In this document: in pieces, positions 9,058 to 19,395 of the stretch | How the letters are laid out: every line of letters starts with the position of its first letter | How positions within the stretch are numbered: position 1 is the first letter of the stretch | NCBI GenBank assembly: GCA_963745075.1 | Contig: CAVUWV010000013.1 | Span: 64,001-128,000 of the forward strand | DNA from: Candidatus Hydrogenedentota bacterium | Lineage (GTDB): Bacteria > Hydrogenedentota > Hydrogenedentia > Hydrogenedentales > SLHB01 | DNA length: 64,000 nt | Direction: 5' to 3' | The notes under the pieces: generated by a model | Seen by the model: only the letters and a program-made list of their open reading frames with translations | Databases searched by the model: none | Told to the model about the DNA's origin: nothing | Made by a program: the position numbers and the translations under genes

Positions 9058-10143
9058 ATGGCTGGATTAGACCAAAGTCCGACTATCTATGACGTCGCCG
9101 AACGTGCGGGAGTTTCCGCCAACACGGTGAGCCGCGCCCTGAATGGCAAGAACGGGGTCTCGCGGGGGACCCGGGCCCGGATCGTCGCGCTCGCAAAGGA
9201 AATGAACTACCAGCCCCATATTGGGGCGCGTTCGTTGCGCGTAAAACGTAAAGGGTGCGTTGGCCTGACAATTCCCGCACCGGTCGATACCGTCCCGGTG
9301 AGCCGCGATTTCTTTATTTACCTCTGCGCAGAACTGAATCGAATATTCGGATCTCGGGGCGAACGTATTTGTCTCGACCTGAATCCATTTATCGAGTCGG
9401 GCAGCGCGGACTATGGGCGAAGTATTTGGCAGAAGCTGTTTAGCGCCTGCATCTTGGCGGGACCCTTGGCCACAAACGACATCACCATTCACCGGATTCA
9501 TAGCTCCGGAGTCCCGTACGTGGCTTTGGGCCGTCTCGACAGCCTACCCGAATGCAGTTGCGCTACGGTGGACTACGATCGAGGGGCGTACGAATGCGTC
9601 CGGTATCTGACGAACCGGGGGCACCGCCGAATCGGTATGTTGAAGGCCCTTTCCGATTACCAGCCCGGCGTCGAGCGCCACCGCGGGTATTTGCGGGCGT
9701 TAGAAATGGAAGGTATCGAACCGGACGAACGCTTGATTCAACCCGTTTGTTTCGTCATGCGGAACGTGGCAAATGCCACCTATCGCCTGTTGAACGATAA
9801 ATCCGTTACGGCCATGGTTGATGCGAGCGGTATAGAGGACGGTGCGGCGATTCGGGAAGGCGCTCGCCGTGCTGGACGCATTCCCGGGAAGGACTTCGAC
9901 ATCGTCTGCTGGACGTACTCCATGGACGTGCCGGTCATGGAGGAGGCCTGTGCACATCTGTGGCTCCCGGTGCGGGAATCTGCCTCGGAAGGCATCGAAC
10001 TGCTCTCGGAATGGTTTTGGGAAAAGCGGGAGGGTCCCGTGCGTGTCGTGTATGACCCGACGATTGTGAGAACCGACCTGCTTGTCGCCCGTTCGCGTGA
10101 GCAACAACCGGTGACTAATCGCCTCTTTTATGCCTCCCTGTAA
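9058..10143 (+). CDS. LacI-family transcriptional regulator
   Basis: PTIYDVAERAGVSANTVSRALNG HTH, hinge ARSL, periplasmic-binding-protein-like C-domain. Confidence 0.92.
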   Translation: MAGLDQSPTIYDVAERAGVSANTVSRALNGKNGVSRGTRARIVALAKEMNYQPHIGARSLRVKRKGCVGLTIPAPVDTVPVSRDFFIYLCAELNRIFGSRGERICLDLNPFIESGSADYGRSIWQKLFSACILAGPLATNDITIHRIHSSGVPYVALGRLDSLPECSCATVDYDRGAYECVRYLTNRGHRRIGMLKALSDYQPGVERHRGYLRALEMEGIEPDERLIQPVCFVMRNVANATYRLLNDKSVTAMVDASGIEDGAAIREGARRAGRIPGKDFDIVCWTYSMDVPVMEEACAHLWLPVRESASEGIELLSEWFWEKREGPVRVVYDPTIVRTDLLVARSREQQPVTNRLFYASL

Positions 10144-10235
10144 GGGGAATACGGGACACCGGCGATACCGGTCTGAGCGCGTTATTCGACGGCGAGTTTG
10201 GTCCGGCCGCGGTTGCCGAGCAGTGGTGTGGGCTA

Positions 10236-11418
10236 CTAGTGGTGTGATTTATAGTTGAGGGAATTTATCGTTTGTCGTATGCGTTCTGTATATAACTGGC
10301 TCGCAATGTGGAGAGGACCATGCGCATAGCAGCGAAGATACACCTCAATGAGGAAGAACAGCAAACACTGACGAAATGGTCGCGAGGACGCAGCACGCCG
10401 GCGCGCTTGGTGCAACGGGCTAAGATAATCCTGCTGGCAGAGCAAGGCCTGCAAAACAAAGATATCGCCAAAATGCTCGGCGTAATGGAACGAACGGTTG
10501 GGCGTTGGCGCGGGCGCTTTGCGAAAGGCGGCTTGGCGGTCATCGACAAAGACCTGCCCCGTGGCGGACGCCACGCCACAGAGCGCGAGAAACATGAGGC
10601 TTCCATCATCAAGAAGGTACAGGAAGAGAAGCCCAACAACGCCACCCACTGGACTACCCGTGAACTTGCCGAAGCTGTCGGAACCAGTCAGAACCTCGTC
10701 TTCCGCGTGCTGCGCGCCAACGGGCTCAAGCCGCACCTGGTGAAGACGTTCAAAGTCAGCAACGATCCGCGCTTCGAGGAGAAGCTGCGCGACGTGGTGG
10801 GATTGTACTTGAACCCACCCGAGCACGCGCTGGTGATTAGCGCCGATGAGAAGACATCGATTCAGGCACTTGACCGGACGCAGCCGGAACTGCCTATCAA
10901 GAAAGGCCGTTGCGGCACGATGACGCATGACTACAAGCGCAACGGAACGACCACGCTCTTTGCGGCCGTTGAGATGGCCGAGGGGCAGGTCATATCGACC
11001 TGCATGGACAAGCACCGCCATCAAGAATGGATCAAGTTCCTCAAGCTGATTGACAAGGAAACGCCGTCCGCCTTGGACGTCCATTTGATCGTGGACAACT
11101 ATGCCACGCACAAACACGAGAAGGTGAAGAATTGGCTGAAACGGCACCCCCGGTTTCATATCCATTTCACGCCGACCAGCAGCTCTTGGCTCAATGTCAT
11201 CGAAGGCTTCTTCGCCAAGCTCACCCAGAAACGTTTGCGCCGCGGCATCTTCAAGAGCGTCGCCGATCTGAAAAGGGCCATCAAAGAATTCATCGAGGCG
11301 CATAACCGGGACCCAAAACCTTTCGTATGGACAGCCACCGCAGAGAAGATCATCGAGAAAGTCGGCCGTGCGCGTATCGCAATGCATAATGATCCATCAG
11401 CTTAAATCAAACCACTAG
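10236..11418 (+). mobile_element. IS630-family insertion sequence
   Basis: Terminal inverted repeats CTAGTGGTGTGATTTA (10236-10251) and TAAATCAAACCACTAG (11403-11418), 15/16 match. The junctions fit a TA duplication in a CTAG target. Confidence 0.92.
10320..11405 (+). CDS. IS630-family DDE transposase
   Basis: HTH region, [45 protein letters not shown]. Confidence 0.95.
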   Translation: MRIAAKIHLNEEEQQTLTKWSRGRSTPARLVQRAKIILLAEQGLQNKDIAKMLGVMERTVGRWRGRFAKGGLAVIDKDLPRGGRHATEREKHEASIIKKVQEEKPNNATHWTTRELAEAVGTSQNLVFRVLRANGLKPHLVKTFKVSNDPRFEEKLRDVVGLYLNPPEHALVISADEKTSIQALDRTQPELPIKKGRCGTMTHDYKRNGTTTLFAAVEMAEGQVISTCMDKHRHQEWIKFLKLIDKETPSALDVHLIVDNYATHKHEKVKNWLKRHPRFHIHFTPTSSSWLNVIEGFFAKLTQKRLRRGIFKSVADLKRAIKEFIEAHNRDPKPFVWTATAEKIIEKVGRARIAMHNDPSA

Positions 11419-11697
11419 CTTGCAACTTCGGTTGCACGTGTACTATCCGGTCGCGGCGCGGCCGCGCAGCGCATGGTGGCCAGCGCCTTATCGAGGACCA
11501 CGACGGCGTGCTACGTCTGGTCCTCTCGAACCAGAACGGTTTCTGCCGACACGCCATCCACCAGTGTCAGCGCCGAAACCGGAATGATCCTGAAGTACAC
11601 GTCGCACCTCCTCTTGGCGATGCCCTTCGAAGGTCATCGGCCGGTCGATTTGGTGGCAGAACCTGACGGATTGTTTCGCCGCAAGTATTACCAAATA

Positions 11698-11917
11698 CTA
11701 CGACGACCACCTCACCTTCAATTCCCGCCCGGTTTCTCGGCAATCCTGAAGATACAGGTTGATGAGTGTCCGATAGGGGGAATCCGGTTTCCTCCGCCTT
11801 ATTTTTGAAGTATTCGATTACCTCCGGATCCAGACGGAGGGTTATCTGATTCTTGAGCCGCCGGGCATAGGGGTTCTTGCGGGATTTCATCTTGTCAAAG
11901 TCGTACTCGGCTTTCAT
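11698..11917 (-). CDS. BrnA-family antitoxin, +1 frameshift in a C5 run at ~11778
   Basis: MKAEYDFDKMKSRKNPYARRLKNQITLRLDPEVIEYFK...G.P continues in another frame as YRTLINLYLQDC...KVRWSS*. Confidence 0.8.
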
Positions 11918-11923
11918 GACTCG

Positions 11924-12037
11924 TCATGTAGCGCAGGCGTCCCCGCCTGCCAATCATCAGATCATAAGCCACACCTATTGTAGACGCTCCGGTATAGGCA
12001 TCGAAGGAATGCAGGCGGGGACGCTTGCGCTACATGA
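11924..12037. repeat. REP-like inverted repeat pair (GTAG-type)
   Basis: tcatgtagcgcaggcgtccccgcctgc (11924-11950) is inverted at 12011-12037 with 26/27 identity. A related pair is at ~50439-50495. Confidence 0.8.
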
Positions 12038-12076
12038 GTTGTACACGCCGATCGTTTCAATAGGCGTCGTTATTCA

Positions 12077-13009
12077 TTACGCCACCAGTTCGCGCAGCAT
12101 CTCGATATACTTCGGTACCTCCGTGAACGGGTCTTCGGGTTCCTCGTATTCGAGGACGAGATAGCCGCGGTACCCCGCGTCCCGCAGAATCTTTACAATC
12201 CGTCCAAAGTCCGCGGGTTCTTTCTTTCCGTTGGGGTGAACGGATACCTTGATCTGCGCGTTCACGGCGTAGGGCGCGATCTCCGCGAGTTCGGCATAGG
12301 GATCGGCGGACCGGAAATTGCCGCTGTCGAAATTGACGCCGAACCACGGGGACGACTTGACGCCTTTCACGATGCGCATCATCTGTTCAACCTTGTTGGT
12401 GATGCCGCCGTGGTTTTCCAGCGCCAGGAAGACCCCACGTTCCGCCGCGTAGTCCAACGAGGTGTTGATGCCTTCGATGCAATTCGCCACGGCCTCGTCT
12501 TCACTGAGCCCGTCGGGCACTTTCCCGGCGGCGAATATGCGGATAACCGGCGCACCCATGGTGGCGGCGTGATCGATCCACTCCCGCGTATCGGCCAGTT
12601 GCTTGTCGCGCTCGGGACCCGGGCCCATGCCGAAGTCATTGCCGATAGCAGTTCCGGAGATATCCAGACCCAGCCGGAACGTCAACTCTTTCATGTGCAT
12701 GAGATAGTCGTGGGTGATGGTTTCCGGGAAGTAGTAGGCGGTCGGCTCGCAGCCATCGAGGTCCAAATCGGCGCAGAACCGGATAAAGTCATCGTACGGC
12801 ATCTTGGCATTCGCCATCGCTTCCTCGTTCGGACGACGCAGCAGCATCTTGTTGAACGAATACCCCGCCAGACTGAGCTTCATATACGGCTTCCCGGTCC
12901 GAACCGGCGGTTCGGCGGCCCGCGATGCATGTCCGCCCAAGGCGAGTGCGCCGGCACTGAGCGCAGCGCCTTTCAGAAACCCACGACGATCGCTGAGAGT
13001 GTGCTTCAC
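12077..13009 (-). CDS. Tat-exported sugar phosphate isomerase/epimerase (xylose-isomerase-like TIM barrel)
   Basis: SDRRGFLK twin-Arg signal, LALENHGG, NFDSGNF, YRGYLVLEYE. GTG start after a GGAGG RBS. Confidence 0.85.
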   Translation of the reverse strand: MKHTLSDRRGFLKGAALSAGALALGGHASRAAEPPVRTGKPYMKLSLAGYSFNKMLLRRPNEEAMANAKMPYDDFIRFCADLDLDGCEPTAYYFPETITHDYLMHMKELTFRLGLDISGTAIGNDFGMGPGPERDKQLADTREWIDHAATMGAPVIRIFAAGKVPDGLSEDEAVANCIEGINTSLDYAAERGVFLALENHGGITNKVEQMMRIVKGVKSSPWFGVNFDSGNFRSADPYAELAEIAPYAVNAQIKVSVHPNGKKEPADFGRIVKILRDAGYRGYLVLEYEEPEDPFTEVPKYIEMLRELVA

Positions 13010-13176
13010 GACGAGAATCCTCCCTGTATTCAATGCGCTGGGCGCGTGACCGATTTCAAAAGCACAGTGTACCAGAGGCCACGCCGGTGGGGGGAATCGA
13101 CGATTTCGGCTGCATTCCAGGCCAGGTTCAGGTACCATGAAATACGCGCCAGACAGCGTGGGGCAGGGAGGTGGCT

Positions 13177-13449
13177 ATGATCAACGTCGAAAAAGTCAAC
13201 GATGAAACCTATCGCGTCACGATCGAAGAACGCACCACCACCGAGCACGAGGTGACGCTCACCCAGGACTACTACCAGTCCCTGACCGGCGGGAAAATAG
13301 CGCCCGAGGCGTTGATCAAACAGTCGTTTGAATTCCTGCTCGAACGGGAAAGCAACACGAGTATCTTGCGCTCCTTCGAGTTGCCGGTCATCGGGCACTA
13401 CTTTCCCGAGTACGAACGGATCATCCGAAACCGGGTGGGTTCGAAGTGA
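13177..13449 (+). CDS. Small conserved hypothetical protein
   Basis: GGAGG RBS. Globular-looking sequence SFEFLLERESNTSILRSFELPVIGHYFPEYE. Confidence 0.7.
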   Translation: MINVEKVNDETYRVTIEERTTTEHEVTLTQDYYQSLTGGKIAPEALIKQSFEFLLERESNTSILRSFELPVIGHYFPEYERIIRNRVGSK

Positions 13450-13513
13450 GCCAACTGTCGAACGGCAAATGGGGCACGGGCGTCTCGCCCGTGATTATCT
13501 GGGGCGACACATA

Positions 13514-15547
13514 ATGCATAGCGTATTACTGAGCGCGGTTCTGCTGATGTTGTCGGGACTACTACCCACTTCCGCTGCGGTTGCGTCTGGCATTCCATTT
13601 CCTGGTAAAGAGCCCGGCACGGCCAAGGCGGAACAGTCTGATAACAGCTTTACCCTGAGCAACGACGTCCTTTCAGCGCATTGGCGCGTGGATGGGGGCA
13701 AACTGCGGCTGACCGAATTCACGAACGCCTTGGCCTCCGCACCTGAGACCGCGACGGAAGGCGAGCCATTCGTCATCACCCTGACCACCGGCGACACGCT
13801 GAACGCATCGGACTGCGCGACAACGAGTGCTCCTCAAGTCGAACGGATCACCGGCCGTTCCAACGCCCGGCGGCTGGCCGACCGGAGTGGGGGAGCGCGC
13901 GTGTCTGTCGCGTTGGCCTCGCCCGACCAATCGCTGGACGTTACCTGGAAAGCGGAGTTGCGGGATGGCTCCAACTACGTGATCCAGCGTGTGACGCTCG
14001 TGCCCGTGAACGGAGATTTCCCGGTCGAGACGGTTCGCCTTATCGATGTGGTTGCACCGGCCGCGAAGGTGACTGGCGTGACCCAAGGCGCGCCGGTTGT
14101 GGCGGGAACGTGCTTCTTCGCGCTCGAGCATCCCATGTCGGAGAGTGTCGTCGAAGGCAGCCGTGTACGGTGCAGTTTGCACAGGGGTGAGCCGTTGGCA
14201 AAGGGCAAGCCGCTTGCGTTGTCCTCCGTCATGGGAGTGACGCCCCCGAACCAACTCCGGCGAGGGTTCCTGTACTACCTCGAGCGCGAACGGGCCCATC
14301 CCTATCGCCCGTTTCTCCACTACAACTCCTGGTACGACATCTCCTGGGGCGACCGGAAATTTAATGAGGCCCAGTCCATCGCGGCCATCGAAACCTTCGG
14401 TCGCGAACTGGTTGAGAAGCGCGGCGTGACGATGGACAGCTTCGTGTTTGACGACGGCTGGGACGACAATGCGACGTTGTGGCAGTTTCACGACGGGTTT
14501 CCGAACGGGTTCACACCATTGCGAAAGGCGGCGGAACGATACGGCTCTGCGCTGGGCGTTTGGTTATCCCCGTTCGGCGGTTACGGCGAAGCGCGGGAGC
14601 AACGCCTGAAATACGGGAGGGAGCAAGGCTTCGAGGTCAATCGCAACGGCTTTTCCCTGGCCGGTGAACGGTACTATAAGCGATTTCACGATATCTGCGC
14701 GGCGATGGTGCAAACGTACGGCGTGAACTTCTTTAAGTTCGACGGCATGGGCCCCGGAAATAACAAGGTCGGTGGCGAGGAGTTTCTGGATGATATCGAG
14801 GCGCTGATGCGATTGACGGATCAGTTGCGCGAATTGGAACCGGACCTTTTCGTCAGCGCCACGACCGGCACCTGGTGTACGCCGTACTTCCTGTGGCATG
14901 CCGACAGCACCTGGCGCAGCGCCAGCGACATGGATTTCTGCGGCAAGGGTTCCAAGCGCCAACAATGGATCAACTACCGCGACACGTATACCTACCAGAA
15001 CGTCGTGCAGCAGGGACCGCTCTATCCGCTCAATTCTCTCATGACCCAGGGGATCGTCCATTCGCAACACGGCCCTTCCGCGCTCATGGGGGGCAACCCC
15101 AAGGATTTCGCGGACGAGGTCTGGTCTTTCTTCGGAAGCGGCACGGACCTGCAAGAACTCTACATCGCGCCCCAACTGCTTACAGCACAGATGTGGGACA
15201 TCCTGGCCGCGGGCGCCAAGTGGTCACGCGAGAATGCCGATGTCTTGGTCGACACCCATTGGATTGGCGGGGACCCCGGCCAAAACGAAATCTACGGGTG
15301 GGCGTCCTGGTCGCCGCGAAAGGCGATCCTCGTACTGCGCAACCCGGACGACAAACTGGCGACTATCACGATCGATATCGGACACGCTTTTGAATTGCCG
15401 GATGGCGCAACGCGCGACTACCGCCTGCAGTCGCCCGGCCCAAGCGCACAGCAGACGGAGGTGATAGAGGTTGCCGCGGGGCAGCCCCACACCATCTCCC
15501 TGGATGCATTTCAGACGGTCGTCTACGACGCCGAGCTTACGCGCTGA
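13514..15547 (+). CDS. Secreted glycoside-hydrolase-like protein (GH36/alpha-galactosidase-like TIM barrel)
   Basis: Signal peptide. HYNSWYD, FVFDDGWD, LGVWLSP and FFKFDG motifs. Confidence 0.7.
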   Translation: MHSVLLSAVLLMLSGLLPTSAAVASGIPFPGKEPGTAKAEQSDNSFTLSNDVLSAHWRVDGGKLRLTEFTNALASAPETATEGEPFVITLTTGDTLNASDCATTSAPQVERITGRSNARRLADRSGGARVSVALASPDQSLDVTWKAELRDGSNYVIQRVTLVPVNGDFPVETVRLIDVVAPAAKVTGVTQGAPVVAGTCFFALEHPMSESVVEGSRVRCSLHRGEPLAKGKPLALSSVMGVTPPNQLRRGFLYYLERERAHPYRPFLHYNSWYDISWGDRKFNEAQSIAAIETFGRELVEKRGVTMDSFVFDDGWDDNATLWQFHDGFPNGFTPLRKAAERYGSALGVWLSPFGGYGEAREQRLKYGREQGFEVNRNGFSLAGERYYKRFHDICAAMVQTYGVNFFKFDGMGPGNNKVGGEEFLDDIEALMRLTDQLRELEPDLFVSATTGTWCTPYFLWHADSTWRSASDMDFCGKGSKRQQWINYRDTYTYQNVVQQGPLYPLNSLMTQGIVHSQHGPSALMGGNPKDFADEVWSFFGSGTDLQELYIAPQLLTAQMWDILAAGAKWSRENADVLVDTHWIGGDPGQNEIYGWASWSPRKAILVLRNPDDKLATITIDIGHAFELPDGATRDYRLQSPGPSAQQTEVIEVAAGQPHTISLDAFQTVVYDAELTR

Positions 15548-15832
15548 CACGCTACGCGCTTCGACAAAGATCACCGACAGCGCGATTACCGGTTCTTATT
15601 CTCCCGGTTCCGTTGCGGGGGTATGATTCTAATCTTCTTGAGATGACGCAGACGAATGGAGGAGTTCGCGCACGTAACCCTTCCAAGGGTAAAGAATTAA
15701 GTGCCGAAACGATTCAGTTTCCACGGTGCGTGTCCGCTTCGCCTGAATAGGGGGCGGCTGCTCCCCGATCTCGTTCGAAAGAAAATCGTTCTTGGGACAT
15801 GCGGTATCCTCATCATGACCGATGGGTACTGT

Positions 15833-16822
15833 CTAATCCAAAAGAACCGGGTCAAATGATTCTGCCTGGTCGGCGGTGAGCGTATGGGCAATTCCATACG
15901 GTAAGTCGTGCTGCGCGCAGTAAGCCGGCAACATCCGAAGGATCTTCCGAATCGATTCGGGGGCGATACTCGTAAGCGGCACGTTGCATGCCCTCATGGC
16001 GTCTTTCAGGGGGCCAACGTCCTGACCCTGCAAATGCGCCATTATCAGGATCCCCGGACCTACCAGGTCTCCGTGTGGGAGCCCCTTCCCCAACAGACTT
16101 TCAGCCGCATATGCGAAATAGTGCTCACTACCCTCTTCCGGCCGGGAGTGGCCGATAAGATTGCAAAGCTGTACTTCCATGGCCAGGCATTCCAGTAGCC
16201 TGCGCAAGCCATTCGGCTCGCCCCGACCGGCCGAAGCTGCACACACCAAACACGCATCTTGGATAGACGCCGCCATCGCGTCTACGGACGCGTCGTATGA
16301 CATCATATCTGAATTCTTTCCAGCGTCGCGGGCAAACTTCCAGTCAGAACGCCCGGTGGCAATGGATAACACGTCTGTTATGCCGGCAGAACGAATTTCG
16401 ATGGGAGCTGCGGCCACCAGATCAAGGTCTACTACAATCAGGTCTGGAGACTTTGTTTCGAGGTATCGGACGCAGCCGTTTTCCCGATACCCTGACGCCC
16501 ACGTCAGGAAGGCGTCGACAGATAGCGCGGTGGGGACACACACAAGCTTCCGGCCCGTTGTGGCCGCAACGTACTTGGCGACGTTGACGGCAAGACCCCC
16601 TCCCAGGGCGTAGATGACTTCCCCTGATAAAGCAGGAATAAAGCTGTTCCAATGCTCAATGGTTGCCTCTTGTACTTCATGGATCTTCCGGGGAACGAAG
16701 CTGAGCCGCCGACCGACTGCGTCAAGAATCCCCTTGCTGACAAACAGATCCGAGGTCCGTTCTTCGACCAGTTGGTTCAAGCACGTGTACTGAATGAGCG
16801 GTAGGCCCCAGCAGCGTTTCAT
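15833..16822 (-). CDS. sn-glycerol-1-phosphate dehydrogenase-like enzyme (EgsA/AraM family, DHQS/Fe-ADH superfamily)
   Basis: ALGGGLAVNVAKY, VPTALSVDA, SRPEEGSEHYFAY, LPHGDLVG. Confidence 0.7.
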   Translation of the reverse strand: MKRCWGLPLIQYTCLNQLVEERTSDLFVSKGILDAVGRRLSFVPRKIHEVQEATIEHWNSFIPALSGEVIYALGGGLAVNVAKYVAATTGRKLVCVPTALSVDAFLTWASGYRENGCVRYLETKSPDLIVVDLDLVAAAPIEIRSAGITDVLSIATGRSDWKFARDAGKNSDMMSYDASVDAMAASIQDACLVCAASAGRGEPNGLRRLLECLAMEVQLCNLIGHSRPEEGSEHYFAYAAESLLGKGLPHGDLVGPGILIMAHLQGQDVGPLKDAMRACNVPLTSIAPESIRKILRMLPAYCAQHDLPYGIAHTLTADQAESFDPVLLD

Positions 16823-17335
16823 GACACACGGTCTCCTTTCAGTACGCCTTGATTTGGTTCACGGGGTTGCGTTTCGGAAATTCAGAGACAAGCACACGGG
16901 GTACCACCATCCAGGTAGAACAATCACCCAAAGAGGTAGGACCGCACACTGGATTTCCCTCTAGGGTGTTTCCCAATAAATCGCGGAGTATTCGCGTGCC
17001 GGATGCAGAACGTATATTCGAACCGACCGAATTCGGCGGTAGGCTGCGTCAGGCCTGCGGCCCGGCCCTGTACCATTGGAAATACTCCGAGAGGGTTTGA
17101 ACGAAACATAGACTACCCTTAGCTGTATATGGCCCTATATGCTTATATCCGCACGATTGGAATTAAACAAATTGCACCGCTGTAAGTTGCCGCTTAAAAA
17201 TGACTTGTGCGAAATACGCCTGTGTCGATCCTGTCCGGACTACACTCGGAACTCCCGGCAGCCGGTTGGGAATATTGAACGAGACTTCATGCGATTGTGC
17301 CAAGTCCAGTTCTGGTCTTGATAGCTGCTAATGTA

Positions 17336-17659
17336 TTATTGCGTATCTGGTTTGCAGACCACACATGGCTCAAGACCCATGGATACCGCTTCGCTCCGGG
17401 GGACGGAAAGTACTTGCGCCGATCCTCGCCGAAGTCGTTGGCATCCTTGCTTGTGAAACCACCCACGACCATCTTGATAAAAGACCGTCGGATCGTCCGG
17501 ATTACTGTTCGCGGCGGCTTGTTCGAGTTTCTGATCCAGCTTGTCGTATTTCTCGGCGTCCTGTTGACTATCCGCGCCGCTGCAGCCCATCACTCCCATT
17601 GCAAGCGTGACGATCACGATTACCGTTAGAGTGAGTACAAGTGAATTGCGCATAAGCAT
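17336..17659 (-). CDS. Small lipoprotein with an Ada-type metal-binding C-terminal domain
   Basis: Lipobox VMG-C. FHKQGC...EAVSMGLEPCVVCKP. AAGGAG RBS. Confidence 0.7.
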   Translation of the reverse strand: MLMRNSLVLTLTVIVIVTLAMGVMGCSGADSQQDAEKYDKLDQKLEQAAANSNPDDPTVFYQDGRGWFHKQGCQRLRRGSAQVLSVPRSEAVSMGLEPCVVCKPDTQ

Positions 17660-18062
17660 TCCAGGATCTCCTTTTTAATTTTGTCATAGATGCGGACTTG
17701 AAGTTATGTGATGCTCTTACACATTCCCGAAAGATCTTCGATCGGCGTCTTCGGCGTCTTCCCGATAACGTAGCGGAGTATGCGCGAAGTTGCGGAGAAA
17801 TCTGAGCTACTTTCGCCAAGGACTTCGCGAGTCTAACGTGGAATTCAAAATTATGCAATACCCTTCTACTGTTCGCCGTGGCCCCGGGGGAGGATTGTTC
17901 TGCTGACGCACGAAGAGACAGACCGCATCAACGACGCGACCATTCTATCTTTGGCCGGTACAACGGAAGTCACGACAGGAAACGCGGGTAGGAGCCTGCG
18001 CAATCCGATGAAGTCCAGGATGGGCTAGACGATATGGCTGCCGTGGAAGACGCAAGAATGTA

Positions 18063-18851
18063 TCAACGTCTTTTGCGAAAGCGTGCGGGTGGATTGCCAG
18101 AAAACCGTTTGAATGCAACGGCAAAGGCGAATTCGTTGGTGTAACCTACCATATCGGATATTACGGCGATTGAATAATCATGGAGGACGAGTAACTCTTG
18201 CGCTCGTTCCATCCGCAATCGTTGCACCATCTTCATGGGCGACATGCCGGTATACTTTTTGCACAGGCGATAAAGGGATGGGGCGCTGAGATTCAAGCGG
18301 TCGGCCATCTCCCTGACTGACCAAGGATGCCGTAGGTCGTTTGCCACAATTTCCCAAAGGTCATTCAGTTCAACGCGGTGGTCGGCGACGAGTTGTTGTT
18401 CATTCACGCCAAGTTCACGTTCAATGTCCACCACTATCAATCGTGCATACAGGCTGGCCGCAATTCGAAAATCAGCTCGCGGATTTCTGCATTCCCGGAG
18501 AAACCCTCGCATTGCCGAGTTTATGGCCGTGCTATAGCTTGTGCGTCGAATGACGGGACCCTGTCCGGCCAAATAGGACCAGCGGTCCAGATCGGGCAAA
18601 TGTACCCAGGTGAAGCGCCACGGCGCGTCGAGCGGAACGTATCCGAACGGCTGATTGGCCGGAACGATCAAAACGTAGCCGGGTTGCACCGGCGCTTGGT
18701 ACGATGGGGTGAAGAAGCTACCCTTGCCACGATCGGTGTAGACCAGGAGGTGGAAGCGAGGCTTCGTCCTCCCCAATTCGTACCCTGGGTACAGTTCGCT
18801 GATCCCTGCCTCGGCAACCAAATCGCACGTATCGACGTTCCTGGGTAGCAA
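18063..18851 (-). CDS. AraC-family transcriptional regulator (N-terminus may extend to ~18942 across a frameshift)
   Basis: Cupin-like N-domain and a double HTH (WSVREMADRLNLSAPSLYRL...ISDMVGYTNEFAFAVAFKRFSG). Confidence 0.9.
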   Translation of the reverse strand: MLPRNVDTCDLVAEAGISELYPGYELGRTKPRFHLLVYTDRGKGSFFTPSYQAPVQPGYVLIVPANQPFGYVPLDAPWRFTWVHLPDLDRWSYLAGQGPVIRRTSYSTAINSAMRGFLRECRNPRADFRIAASLYARLIVVDIERELGVNEQQLVADHRVELNDLWEIVANDLRHPWSVREMADRLNLSAPSLYRLCKKYTGMSPMKMVQRLRMERAQELLVLHDYSIAVISDMVGYTNEFAFAVAFKRFSGNPPARFRKRR

Positions 18852-19395
18852 CGTGCCACGGCGAGAAGTGTTCTATACACCGGTCTGACCAGACCATTCT
18901 ATCCGTGATGGTCCGTTTTCCGGTTAGCATATCGTCTTGCATTCGGTTGAGATGACCCTCTTCATTTCCGGACACCTTCCTTGGAACAGGTGGCAGGATT
19001 TCCCTTCGACGGCCTTATAGCGTTTCTCTCAAGGCTTATAAGAACCCAAATATGTTGCATTCAAAAAAATGTTTACGTCCCCGTTGCAAACGACGTATTT
19101 TCAGGATCTTATAGGTGCGTGGTGGCCGAAGATTGCATGTCCGCCACTCAGCTTCATGATAGTATCGCAAATAAAATCGCTAGTTTCAACCATTGTAAAG
19201 ATACCCGAATCGGGCTAACACTGGAGATATGGGCAGGGTGTGGTGAACGTCTCAAGCGCATGTTGTTGCCGGAAGCAGGTGGGCAACAAAAGGTCGATCA
19301 TGCCAGGCACTTAATGTCCCGACGAATGATGCACCCTGTATGGACGTCAAAGTGTTTCTGAAGCTGTAGCACTCTATTAACAGGAGTAATAGCAT

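Noticed and set aside
10236..11387. 383-aa minus-strand ORF spanning the IS
   Set aside because: It is the antisense shadow of the IS630 transposase and has no domain motifs.
11460..11695. Possible BrnT toxin next to the antitoxin
   Set aside because: It lies downstream rather than upstream, and apart from a chance MTFE start it shows no BrnT motifs in any frame I read.
13514..15547. 'Enterotoxin'-style label often given to this protein family
   Set aside because: The motifs fit a glycoside-hydrolase TIM barrel, and nothing in the sequence supports toxin function.
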